In this document: one piece after another, positions 11,845-24,501 of the stretch
Layout of the letters: each line of letters begins with the position of its first letter
Position numbering within the stretch: position 1 is the stretch's first letter
Assembly (NCBI GenBank): GCA_027604505.1
Contig: JADIIX010000041.1
Location: forward strand, 1-64,000
DNA: 64,000 nucleotides
Source of the DNA: Gonapodya sp. JEL0774
Lineage: Eukaryota
Direction: 5' to 3'
Program-made: the position numbers and the translations under genes
The notes under the pieces: generated by a model
Database searches by the model: none
Told to the model about the DNA's origin: nothing
Seen by the model: only the letters and a program-made list of their open reading frames with translations

Positions 11845-13789
11845 TCACACTGCTCCCTTCAATGCAATCTCTCGGGCGAGCAACCCAATATCATTTTCCA
11901 ATTTCTTCACGTCATTGACCTCGTACGTAAGATTTTCAAACCTGACTTCTCCGTCCCCAGCCGCATAGAACCCGGGCCTCAAACTTAGAAAGTCAAAGAC
12001 CGAGTTGTGATCGTAGGACTGCACATTTACTTGTGTTTCAAACCGCTTCCACTCCTTTCCTTCGCCATCTGTGCATATGTACGTCGTCAGAATCATCGGT
12101 ACGTAGTTTAGAATCAACTTGATCATTAGTGTGGTTGGTGGTTTACCAGTGTTCGGATCAGGGGAGAGGCGGTTGGGAAGGTGACGATCTGTCCCGTACC
12201 GATGCAAATAGAGTGACCCCTTTCCATCAAAACCAAGTCCCGCATACATCCTGGAGCTATAGAAGAGTAAAGCTCCCGCCGTGGCCGTTTCAGGGTTGAG
12301 TAGAGTTATTTTCACGCTCACAGTGTAAGCATAATCTCCAGTTTTGAAGATCAGCGGGTCCGACGTTGCGGGCGAGGTGCCTTTGCAAGGTAGCACGAGA
12401 GAAGGGGTGCCAGCGGGTGTGAGCTCATAGCGAGGGCGGCGAGTTGTTGTGGGTGTGAGACCTGATGATAGCGGCAAAGGCATGGAAATATAGAAGCCCC
12501 ACTGGGTGCCAAACTTATCCGAGGAGAAATCATCGCTGTACGGCATGTTGAACTTCTTTTCTCTTTGCGCCCGCCGTCGGAAAAGTCAGTCTCGAACGAA
12601 GGATGCCAGTAAACACAACTCGCTACGTACCCAGGAAGGACCACCGGTAAAGGTTGTGGTTTAGATACGTCGAGGTCCAGAAGACGCCACCACCCATTTT
12701 CAAAAACCACCGGCGAGAGAAGAGACTGCCTACCCAAGTTGTAGTAACCTTTCTCATAGGCGTGGTACACAACATACCATTCGCTCGCGCCATGTTTTGG
12801 TCCTGGCACGAGTGTGCAGTGCCCTTTTGACCACCATGGGTCGTCACCGTTCGTTGTGTACATAATTGGGTTATGCGGACTGAACTCCCACGGACCGTGA
12901 ATAGATTTTGACCGGTAGCTGAAAGTGAAGTGCGAAGTTGGCGGGCCTGCAGTGCCGCCCTGTGCGGTGGTGAGATAAAAGTAATCCCCAATTCGAGTAA
13001 TTTTCGGCCCCTCCGGCGCTGGGCTGTGATATATCCATTCGTCGGGCATTGGGCAGGGCTTGACTGCCAGTTTGAAAGTTTCCGGCATGATGGCAAGCCC
13101 ATCGTCAGTCAATTGCATGTAATGTGTCCCGGCAACGAAAAGATATCGCTTGCCATCCTCTCCAACAATGTGGGACGGATCAATAAAGGAAGGAAAGTTC
13201 GGACCCAGCGGTTTGTGGAGGTCGATGGGTTCAGACCAAGGTCCCTTGATTGATGGCGCTGATATGACGTAATTGGTGGGCTTTCCGGTCCCTCGCGCAG
13301 GGATGTAGATGTAGTACGTGTTTTCGCTGTTCGAGAGACGAAAGGACTTGTCATCGGTCAAACAAGATAGATAGATTAAAATGAAGAAACTTACTGTTTC
13401 GTCAAATACGATGCCCAGACCGAACCAATCCAAGTCTTCAAAGCTGGTCCAATGGGAGACCAATGTATCAAGTCTCGGGACTCATATATGATCAAGCCCG
13501 GGTAGACATCGAAAGACGAGTGGACCATATAGTAGTCATCACCATCTTTGAGGATTGAAGGATCGGGGTGGTCTCCTGTTGAATCGATTGAGTTAAATAT
13601 GCCCGCAATCCGCCGAATAAACCGAGACGGACCTGGGAAAATTGGGTTTCTGTAGAACCCATTGCCCAAATCAGGAATCCGTTGGTTCTCATAGCCCTTT
13701 CCCCAAAGTGAGACGGAGGTATTCGAAACGGGAGTCATTACTTTGGGTTTCTGGGTTGGCTGTTGAATAAGCCGAACTTGGTCAGGCAT
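11845..13789 (-). CDS. Glycoside hydrolase family 43 beta-xylosidase/arabinofuranosidase with C-terminal beta-sandwich; no signal peptide
   Basis: NPIFPG|DHPDPSILKDGDDYYMVHSSF, SRDLIHW, FIDPSH, EGPKI...YFYL, GPWE..PHNPI, GHCTLV, GRQSLL; C-terminal FLSLRPGFYAAGDGEVRF. Confidence 0.93.
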
Positions 13790-14024
13790 TATTGAACACG
13801 AGTACCTTCCCGGAGAACTATTGAGAAGGAGGTCAACTCATCAAACACGAAGGATGTGGACTCAATGAGCCGAAGAAAATAAAGAAAGGAGTGATGCAAT
13901 CTCTTATGAGGAAGATTTACAATGGAAGGTTCGTTGCAATAATGCCAAGTACTATATAAAATTGTTAGCTTAAAGAATCAGTAATGCAATAACCGCCCAC
14001 CACTCTCGCCACATGCAGAGAAGT

Positions 14025-15811
14025 TTAGTTTACTACAGGAGAAGCCTGCTGCTTCTTCTCATCCTCATCCACCACAATGGCGTCGGAGACCGCAGGAGCT
14101 CCATCGAAAAGAGCATCCATTTCCTCGAGCTTGACGCCCTTGGTTTCGGGGAAGAAGAGAGCGCAAACAACGGCGATCATGAAGTTGTATGCGGCGAACA
14201 CGAAGAAGGTCTTCCAGCCCAAACGATCTTGCATGATCGGAAACAGGTAGCTCAGGGCGACGCTGGCGACGTTCTGGGTCTGAGAGGCAATGCCGACTGC
14301 TTGAGCGCGGACGGTCATGGGGAAAATTTCGCCTGCGAATTCAATAAGTATGAAGGTAGTCAGAAATTGTGGATGGTTGAAGATCGGTGCGTCATCCGCT
14401 CACCAGTGTAGATCCAAACAGTGGCACCCCAAGATGGCTTGTAGAAGAATATGAAAATGAAGAACATAAGAACGAGTCCCACACCAGTGCCAGTTTGGTA
14501 GAGGGTTCCGTTGGATTCAGTAACAATCCCGACAATGGAAACAACGAGCATGCAAACACCCATGCCAATTGCACCACCAATCAAAATCGTCATGCGACCG
14601 AGACGATCAACGAAAATGGTGGAATTGAGGGTGAAAAGAATTCCACAGACGGAGTTGACAACGTTGATAATGTTGGTGGTACCCTGGTTGTTGAAGATGC
14701 TGTTGTAGATCTTGGACGAGTACGAGTTGAGGACGTTCTGCCCAGTACACTGCTGAGAGAAGTTAATGAAGATGGCCATGATGAGACGCTTAATCATGTT
14801 GGGTTTGGTGAAGAGCATCTGGTACACCGCCCAGGAACCCGGGTTCTGCGCCTTTTCCGCGGTGATGACTTGAGTGATCTCAAACAGCTCAGCGTCAATA
14901 TCCTCGTCGGCGCGGAGCCTGCCCAAAACGGCGCGCGCCTCATCGTAGCGACCATTGTAGATGAGCCAACGAGGAGACTCGGGGCCGAGCCAGACGGTGA
15001 AGAGGAACAGGATGGGAGATGCAACTTGGAAAATAAGAACAGTTCGCCACTGCCACTGACCCATCTCGGGGTGGTATCCGACAATGAGGGCAACCAGGTA
15101 CGAAAAGAGTGCGCCGACGGAATACTGTGGACATAAGTTGGTGAGCGATACGAGGTGTATTAATGGGCCGGTTTAACCAACGATCACGTGCGGAAGATTG
15201 CAGCAATGAACGATGAGTGGGTACATACCATGAGCTGCCACACAGACATCATCGTTCCACGGATTTGGACGGGTGCAATCTCGCCCATGTATACTGGTCC
15301 AGAGGGAAGCATGAGACCTTGACCGAGACCGACGCCAGCACGGCCCACAACGTGTACATTAAAGTTGGGAGCGAACGTTTGGAGAAAGGTGAAGCCGATG
15401 ATGATGATAGCTCCGATGAACATGGGAACACGCCGGCCAAATTTGTCGGAGATGAACGGTGCGACAAAGAATCCCGTAAAAATTGCGCCGCAAGAGTAGC
15501 CCACGCCGACTAGACCCAATACATCGGAGGCGACCATGAGCTTCTTCTTCTCTTGGTCGTAGGTTCCGAACTCAGCGTTCCTATCGGACAAATCATGGTC
15601 GGAGGAAAAAAGGGAGAGGAGCAGGTTAATGAGGGGGAGGGGAACAGGAGGAACAGGAGGAACAATCATCTATCACTCACCACGTTGCCATCGTGTTCGT
15701 GGCGTTGAACGTCGAGGCATCATAACCGTACATGAACATACATAGCGATGTCGAGATGCACACCAGGTAGGCATAAACCAGTCGGTTTCGGGGAATGGCG
15801 TGCTGCGCCAT
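14025..15811 (-). CDS. MFS sugar porter (hexose/oligosaccharide permease)
   Basis: MFMYGYDAS, SDKFGRR, PVYMGEIAPVQIRG, PESPRWL, QQCTGQN, VDRLGR, FFPETKGVKLEEMD. Confidence 0.95.
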
Positions 15812-16368
15812 CACGGAAAGTTGAGAGACGAGAGAGATGGACAAGGAAAGATCGGCGGTTTGAGATGGGGATGCACAGGTTGGAGATCCGAAACGTTTTA
15901 TAATGAGGCTTCGGCGGATTCACCTGCCAAGGTTACCTCGCAAAAAAGGGTCCAACAGCCCGAGCGAGACATTGATGAACCCGTGGGGGGAAACAGCCAA
16001 TGCTGAGAGGTTGAACAATGCAGTTTGAATCTGCCAAATTCGCCGACATCTTTGCTGTTGTATCTTGTCTAGGCGTATCATGTGAACCGGCAAACGATTG
16101 AAGGCAAATTGCGATTCTTGCACTTTTATAATCGCTATTACAAGATTCCACGAGAGGGCTCGTCTTGTTCTTCTTTCATTTGCTTCTCTTATTTCTCCTG
16201 TTGGTGGGGAATACATTCCTTCCCTGAGGCTTCCCATCGATGAATGCTATATCCGCTCACAGGATTCTGGGAAACAGCAATTCATTTATTTCTCCATTCT
16301 TTTTTCATCGAATCTCGTGTATTTCGGTGTCCTCCGCATCACACCTCACCCGTCCATACCGGCCATCC

Positions 16369-18439
16369 ATGGACATCCAGCTTAATAATACACCTCCCGC
16401 TGAAAATAACTCACATGGTTCCATCTCCCTGTCTACCACACCTCCTCCTTCTGCTCTGGTCGACTTTCTCTCTGAAAATGGCATTGCTCTCGAAGATTGC
16501 CTTCCCCAATCCCCAATCCCTCGCTATTTCCGCATCAGAGGTCCGCAAGAATCTCACTCGCAAATTGTTGGTCTGATCGAACGAGAGACCGGGAAACGAG
16601 TGTCTCAGATACAATGGTTACCGACCTTCTATTCAATCGACAACGATGTGAAAATCAGTGCAACTTCACCCTACAAGAACGCTACAATATTTGCGATGGA
16701 CGCGTCCTCAGGCGTCGCCGTGTTGGCGCTCGACGTTCAGCAACACCATAATGTTCTAGATTTGTGTTGGTAGCCACTTCTTCAGACCCCCTTTCGTCTC
16801 TAGGGGATGACAGGGTTGAGCTTACACCCCTTTATGAATGTCTCTGATCTTCTTAGGTGCAGCTCCAGGGGCTAAACTCTGTTTCATACACGACATTATG
16901 ACTGGACTTGCGGCTGTTCGCAGTGACCGATCTGCACAACCTGACGCACATCCCGAAGTGGCCCTACTCGACGATTTGACAAGGAATTCCTTGAGGAAGA
17001 CGAGTGATGCAGCTTTGGAGGGCGGACCAGTTGGGCCATTGGCACATGAAGTCGGGAAACATATGAACAAATCAGCGGACAACGACCAGTCGGTTGAACC
17101 TCCTCACACCTCCACGACAACGACAACGTCAACCACAACCGCACCGTCACCACCCAATCCGTTACCGCGCGCACCACCCATCTCCGGCACTGTCACTGGT
17201 GTCGACATCAACAAGGACAGGTTGCCAATCTGCCGCTCAATCGCCAAAAAATACAGCGTAGGGAACGCAAGGTTGTTCCTGGCGGATGGTACCTCATTTG
17301 ATGTATCGGCACCAGTGAGCGGGGGCAGGTGGTGGGAAAGGACAGGTTCTGAGGGCGACCCGACGAATGGTGTTGGCACCGGCTCTGCCCACGCGACCGA
17401 GGCGGACGCGGTGGATTCCGAAACAGCTACCGACGGTGGTACAGCGGTGATAGAGGGGACTGGAGCGGAGCCAACGTTATCAACGGATGTAGCCACCACA
17501 ACCCTCTTCACACCATCTCCCTCACTACCATCCCCCCGCTCTCCCCTTCAACGACTGAAGCCCTTCCACGCTCCACGCCACCTCCGGTTCCTCACCACAC
17601 CTACAACCCCAAACCTCTACGACCGCGTTCTCGTTGATGCTGAATGCACACACGACGGATCTTCAGGGCATTTGCTCAAGTTCGGCCCGGATTGGGAAGG
17701 ATTCGAAAAGAGGTTCTTTGTCGCTCGGGGAGGAACGGGTGATGGAGTTGCAGGCCTACCGAAATTACAAATGGCGTTGTTGGAGAACGGTGCGTGACAA
17801 TCTACTTTTGTCTCAGGGTGTGGTCACGAGCGTGAGGGTAGAGTTTTTGTTGACACCGTTCGATTCTGCTAGGTTTCCGACTCCTCAAGCCTGGTGGCGT
17901 GCTTGTATATAGTGTGTATTGGCTTTTTGTGCCCTTCACCCTGAGAACCCCAGTCTCACGTCCTCTGTACCGACGGCACCTGCTTTCCGCACCTTCCTTT
18001 CGGGGGGGGGGGGGGGGGGGGGGCGGGGGGGGGGGGGGGGGGCCGGGGGGGGGGGGGGGGGGGGGGGGCCGGGCGGGCCGGCGCGCCGGCGGCCGGGCCG
18101 GGCGCGGCGGCCGGGNNNNNNNNNNGCCCTGTATGCCACCCACCACCCTCCAGACCCACACAGACTCTCTTTCACAAATCAGCCTAGTGACTCCCTTCCC
18201 ACTTTCAAAACGAATCCATAATATCCGCTTTTCTCGCGAACAATTCCACTGCGGTCCTCGAACCAGTCCCCACATTACCCAACGCCACATCTCGCCCGTC
18301 TGTGCCGTTGGCGCACAGAAAATTGACAGAGCAAGACATTGCGAGGGGACTTAAGTGGACAGAGAGGTTCAATTGGAAGTGGAGTGGGACGAACGGATTC
18401 TTCGTTGCGAGGGTGAGGAAGATCGAGAATTTGGGGTAG
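16369..18439 (+). CDS. NOL1/NOP2/Sun-family RNA m5C methyltransferase (contains an assembly gap)
   Basis: MDASSG, VLDLC|AAPGAK, VTGVD, YDRVLVDAECTHDGS, LLKPGGVLVYS, C-terminal GTNGFFVARVRK*. Gap at 18116-18125. Confidence 0.88.
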
Positions 18440-18639
18440 GGGAAGTGAGTGCACTCTTGAAGAGTCTCATCGGCAAGGAAGGAAGAAGAGCAGCTTGTGT
18501 CGTTCTCATTGTGTGCATTTGGGTATTACTGTACCGTGGATTGAGCAAAATCGAGCTTCACTGTATTTGTCGTCTACCAATACATATGAACATGAATCTA
18601 CTTACACCATCCTCGACCTACACAGTACAGGACAACATA

Positions 18640-20132
18640 CTACGCTACCGCTACCGCTTCTCTCTCCAACTGCTCTGCAAGGTGCTTGCGCACAAGGCCT
18701 TGATGGTAAACCAGGCCATTCTCCCTGTTCAGATGGTCGTTAGTTCCGTTTTCCACGATCCGCTGATGCCAGGATTACAGTACCTGAACGGGTGCAAAAC
18801 CCCAACTCGATAAATTCCAAGTTCAAGATTCTCCTGAGTAGCTTCACAGAGCACATAGTCCTCGAAATCGACGTATTTGATGAAGTTCGAAAAGCTGATC
18901 ACTGATGACCGCATGGCGATGAGTGAAATGAAGAACTCTGGTCCCGAACTGAAGACTCACGCTCCGCTTCTGACACGCCCTTGCGGACAAAAAACTCCGT
19001 TTCCAGACGGGTTTTATTGGCGTCCATCGGATTCCAACGCAGTGTCGTGAAGAAGTTGCCGAAGATGTTGATGCCAACATTTGGGTAAACATACACGAAC
19101 TAAGGGGGTCAACGCACAGCAAGTGATGACACGCTTCTTAGTCAAAATGCTGAATATACTCGGTAAACCTACCAGTGCTCCCTCCAATGCTTCCGGTTTC
19201 TGTGCCACTGGATGAGATTCGGCGTATTTCCGCATGCAGGCGTTCAGTTCCGAGTAAGATTGGTCTGGAAGCCAGGGTGAGCATGAAGGGAGAAGGAAAT
19301 AAATCGGAAGGGCATCGGTAATCACCATAAGCAATCTTGGTTCGAAGCGGGAAGTTGTCGTTTTTCTCCGTCAACTGCATCTCCTCAGGAACGTCAGTGA
19401 CATCTCCCTTGACTTGGTCACGTGCATCCACTGAATGATGGAGATACTCGGACCGGGCATCAACCACATAACTGGAGATTTTGTAAACTTTTGAGAAGCC
19501 CGGATGAGCTGTGGGACAGTGGTAGCTGGCACACAAACAGTATGCGCGGGTTGTAAGTACATGAACTAAGGAATACGAAAAACAAAGATGGTGTACCATT
19601 CGTTGTAATTATCCGAGAAAACTTTCCAGTTGAATTTCCCCGGGAGTTCCATTGCGAAAAGGAAATCATACTGGGTGGTATCAAAGTAGCTCTCAACGGC
19701 TTTGAATTCATCGAGCAAACCCGAATGCACTTGTTCAAATGGAGGAGGTTGCTCAGCCAGATTAACGAATACAAATCCACTGAGTACATGCACATGTGCC
19801 GATCGAGTGTGCTCTGAAGCATTTCTTGGCTTCACGGAGGCTTTGAGTGCTCCCTCAACTGACGCAACCACGATAGGGAAGGTGGCGAGTTCCATTTCAA
19901 TCACTGGAGTGGTGAGAAAACGCAGTTCGTGACAGAAGTACATCCACTGGCGGGAATGAATCCCTCGGAGCTCCAGTTGGAAAATTTTAGGATCCGTGTA
20001 GTACGAGTTTGGAAGCGTCTGGCCAGTGATAAATGAGTGAGACGGAGCTGATTTCAAATCAATTGATTCGCAACCCAGAATCTTCAGCGGACACTCACGG
20101 GAACACCCTCTTTTGCGATAGGTTTCGAGCAT
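18640..20132 (-). CDS. Ring-hydroxylating/choline-monooxygenase-like alpha subunit lacking the Rieske 2Fe-2S motif
   Basis: TLPNSYYTDPKIFQLELRGIHSRQW; GFVFVNL; NWKVFSDNYNE|CYHCPTAHP; YVYPN; EDYVLCEATQENL...GVLHP.RENGL. Confidence 0.85.
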
Positions 20133-20799
20133 GGATGAGCCGTCAACGGCTCTGTTTTGAAGGAAACCATATGTACCAATTAAGGGCTGGTCGAAATTTC
20201 ACCCGCCTCCGGATTGTTCAGTGAAGCGCAGTTGTATTGTGCGTGATCGGACGCAGTGTCGGTCGGACAGAACCCTGCGAATGAGGGCGGCCCGCTTCCG
20301 CCCCCTCAATCTTGCCTCACATGTATAAAACTAATATATTATGTGCACAAAAGGTCAACGAACGTGGTTGGCCACAAAGGAAAGAAAGGCAAGCACGGTG
20401 TACAAAAGTATGTACTTGCAACAACATTATACAGAATGAAAATTATATGCCTAAACTTGATGATGGGTATCGGTCCGTGTAATCACAGGCGCGCTGCGCA
20501 TGCGTGCATCAAAATAGTAAAGCCAGCTGTCTAGAGCGGTCTCGTGGATGTCCCGATTTACATGTAGAGTTCCGTTCATCCATGCGGCTCCGGGCCGACC
20601 TGGATTCATATGGAAGGTCGCAATGGACGCAATTGAACACCTTCGATATCAAGGAATCGGTAATTAGCTGGTATACCCAGCACTATGAGCGTGATAATCT
20701 CTGTGAATTGTGATCCGGCAGCATTGAAGTTTGCTTCAGCGCGTAAACGGCCAAGATTGTGGAAAGCTCACCCGAACCAACGACAACCGGGTACCATAT

Positions 20800-21987
20800 A
20801 CCTTCAGCGAATTTTGGGTCTCTGAATTGATCTTGTGCGATCACAGATGGTGCGTACGCCATCCGAACCAGAATGAGTAACGCGCTCGGGACGAAAAGCG
20901 TCCAGAGAGTCTTCGCACCATGAAGCGTAAGCCTCCATCGAAAACAGTTGGCGAAGAAAACTCACTCAACTCACCCGTTCGAGCGTCCTTCGTTTCCCGT
21001 AGAATATATCCACTCGTGTAGCATACTCAGCAGGATCCGCGCTTCCAAGTGAGTAGGAATCGCTAATTTGAGCTGAGTGATTCGAGAGATAACTTGTTGA
21101 TTCTCCTCTTCGCACATGATCCATGGCCAGTTCATATCCTTTGGAACGCATGATGTTCTCTCTGAAACCGGGTCGGCGTAGCCACCCTTCACCTGCGAGT
21201 GCAGCAATAACGATGGTCGCCCAAAGGCAATATCCCATGACGACATAGCCCGGCATATTTTTCCAGCTCGTGCGGAAGTTGGGGTTGAGCTCTGGGTGAA
21301 GCAAGATATATGCCGTTGCAGGTCCGAAGCCGAGCATCACACACGCAACACTAAGAGCCACTAGAGAACGAAGCGTTCATTGAAGTTTTGAGGCTGAAAA
21401 GACATGAGGTGGGAGCCTACAAGACTCACAAACACGGTACCATCCCAGAACGGCATTAAAAAGTTTGCTGGCGTCAACACCTTGTCTGCCAACGAAGGTC
21501 AAAGTAGAATCATCCACCTGGAGAAAAGTAGATTCAAAAGTCGAGCGCAAGTATCTGCTTCCGTGCAAGCAAAAGACAAACACCAACTTTTTGCATCCAT
21601 AGTCTGACCATTCCCAGCAACGCGACCAATAGAACAGGTATTCCTCCCCCCAATATCATGTAGAACACGGTGTATAGCTGCGGTATTGAAGGAAGGAACG
21701 CGCGAACGACAAAAGCTGCAACCCGGGCTGAAGAAACCAGGGCGGTAGCATGTATTTAGTTGCTGCAGAGTTGGTGTCCAAGCATGGTACAAAGAGAGCT
21801 CACCTGCGCAAAAGCCGGTACACGCCAATGAAACGGTCCATATCCGAGTATTTCGAGCGGTCAAGTAAACGAACCAAGCGAGGCAAACGAAGTAAAGTCC
21901 AGCAGCAACGATTGCACCCGCAACAGTGAAACTCTGGACGAGATCGGCAATATCAGTAGCTAGCGCCTCGACAGTCACTGCAGACAT
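20800..21987 (-). CDS. Hypothetical multi-pass membrane protein (3' end uncertain)
   Basis: Several hydrophobic segments (AGAIVAAGLYFVCLAWFVYL; LSVACVMLGFGPATAYILL; VVMGYCLWATIVIAALAG) separated by GT-AG introns. Confidence 0.5.
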
Positions 21988-22156
21988 GCCCGAAAGCGAT
22001 ATATGGAGTCGCAGGTGATAAAACGGGGATTGAGGGATTCAAACGCCAGGGACACCGGAGGGTGTACTGGTTCTCCCGTGTCCCCGTTTTAGCCTGGATT
22101 TGGACATAACATTACATGCGGTCGTAGGCTGTTCATGTTTGCGGGTACATTTTTCC

Positions 22157-24343
22157 CTACAGGACTGTCTCCACCATTTCAATTCCCTCTTTCTTGAGTG
22201 TCAGCAGCAAAGGCTCCCACAGGTCCTTCGTCATGGGTGCGAGCACTCCCTTCTTGGAGATCTTGCCTGAGGACACGCCATTGCAAAAGCAATGAGTTAA
22301 TAATCATGGGTTACAATTAAACTTAACGTACCATCCAGAATCATTTGTGTTGCAACCCCGCACGGTAATCCAACGGTGAGTGCCATTGCAGTTGTGCCGT
22401 TCGGCTTTCCAAACCACACTCCGGTCGAGTACCGCGTTTCCTGTTAATTCACGGAGTTCGTTATTGCTTTTTGTCATTGGTTGGCGAATCAACCAATAAA
22501 GTTTTGGGGAAAAATACCTTGCCACCATCCTTTAGTTCGCAATCAAACCGATGCTGAAGGAAAACCAGATCTCGCTCGCCGTCCCCGTACTCCATTTTCT
22601 CCTCCAAAACAGCACAGAGAGTATCGAGCGGGTTGCCTTGAAGCTTAACAGGTGTGTCCGAGAAGAGGCCAAGCCTATGGAATCAACCATGGTCGCACAT
22701 TCAGAAACAAAAAACGACCGTCGAAAACACACGATTCATACCATTTGAATCCATGAAGCACTCTTTCCTGTTCCGCGCCCTCGAGTTTACATTTGCGAGA
22801 AAGGGCCTTCTCTAGCGACTCATCGTCATTCGGGCAACCGAGGAGCCGTGCCATGAAGTCCCGCCAAGCCAATGGCTGGCTGGTGGCTGAGAGATATTCA
22901 CGCTTGTCGTCCTGGAGCAAACCACAGTCCACAAGTGCTTTGACGAACCGTGGGAACCCCTAGAGCTCCCGAGTACACGCATAAACACGGGATGAGATTT
23001 CACTGAGTGGTATCAGTTCCTCTACAGGAACATATGCAATCAACTCACGGAGTATCTAAGAGTTCCCCTGATCACCGTCTTCGCCTCGGGAATGCCATAG
23101 CGTTTCGCGTAGGGCGTGGAGTCTCTGTTGGCATAACCTTCAAATGCAAATCCTGGGTAGCCCGTGAAGATGGGCTTGGCGGAAAGCATCAAGTCCTCGC
23201 CCTGAATTTCCACCACCTGTCGCGGAAAGGGTTGCATGTTTCGGTGGAAGAAACGTCTAGAAATCACAGAATCTCGTACTTCTCCGCCCTGCAAGAATTT
23301 TGCACTATTTCTTAGTGCAAGAAGCACACCTCTTGAGCTCCACGAGAACTTGTAACCCAGAGGGTTGTTGGAATCTTCAGGAGCAGGCAATCCGCCACAC
23401 CAGGAGGTGAATCCTAGGATCTGGAAGATATCCACAGAAATGAAAATCTGGTTTTCATGAAATCTCAAGAGCTTGCAAAAAGCTTACTTTACCCCCGGCC
23501 GCATGAACCTCATCGATTGTTTTGAGAGCATACAAGTGGTCGACACCTAAAACCACAAGATAAAAATGAGCTATCCTGACAAGTAGTGTTTGGTTGATGT
23601 CAATTGTGTTCTAACCTGGGTCCACGCCGATCTCGTTGAAGACGGTGATGCCAGCAGCAACCGCCCTGTGGTCGGATGCGCGATAAATTGTCGAGCAATT
23701 CAGTATGTTTGGTGTTGGTCGCGGAGCCACTCACGCCTCATGGAGTTCCTCCATAGCAGGAGAAACATAGGATGTTGTGACAACATGCTTCTTGTGCTTA
23801 ATAGCAGCTTTGATGACGGTGGCATGGTAGGTGTAGGGGATAAGGCTTTAAAAAAAAGGTCTGGTGTTTCGAGATAAGAAACGCGCTTGTCCCTGCAGCA
23901 ACCACTATTCACCTGATGACCAGGTCGTGCTTCGCTATCTCCGACTCCAGTGCGGACACGCTGTTCACGTCAAGAGCGATTGGCACCGCTCGAGCATGGC
24001 TCCCCGCAAGCTTTTTCGCGTGCTCAATCTTCCTGCTTGCTGTTACGGCAGAAAGCGATTCAGCAAGGGTGAAATTTTGCAGCGTGCATTGGAACGAATC
24101 CTCACGAGATGCACCAGAACTTTACAAAGGGCAAGACATAACCACAACACCTACCGATCGTCACCGTGTTGTCTGGGCTACGAAGGAGATATTCCGCACA
24201 TGGGCCAGCAACGAAACCGGACCCGAGGAGAAGGATGTTTCTGGTGGAGAAAAATGGATCATTGAATCAGACCGGGGATCTTCGAAGCTGATGGATCTCA
24301 TTGCAGTATGTGGGACCACGACCGATAATCACTTAGACGGCAT
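22157..24343 (-). CDS. LYS9: Saccharopine dehydrogenase (NADP+, L-glutamate-forming)
   Basis: MPSK|NILLLGSGFVAGPC, FNEIGVDPG|VDHLYA, SWCGGLPAPE..NNPLGYKFSWSSRG, YANRDS, RGTLRY, GVLAPM. Confidence 0.96.
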
Positions 24344-24501
24344 CTAGATTTCAGAAATTTAGGTGTTGAAAATGGAAAGATATGCGACCTTTGGTTCCGC
24401 AAACTCTGCACAGCAGGACTCTTGTTCCTCATTAGAAACGTTCTGGCAGCAATGACATATTACATAGTCGGCAACTCAAAGAAATGCAGATTAAATTCTA
24501 A

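Noticed and set aside
18000..18125. Pure G/C runs flanking the N gaps (also near 1338, 38645 and 40566), giving poly-Gly/Pro ORFs and apparent G-quadruplexes
   Set aside because: Directly adjacent to assembly gaps and almost free of A/T, so probably low-quality base calls within G/C-rich introns.
22157..24343. Possible spermidine synthase-LYS9 fusion
   Set aside because: The gene starts at MPSK right after the TOP2 3' end; it is stand-alone, as expected outside Basidiomycota.
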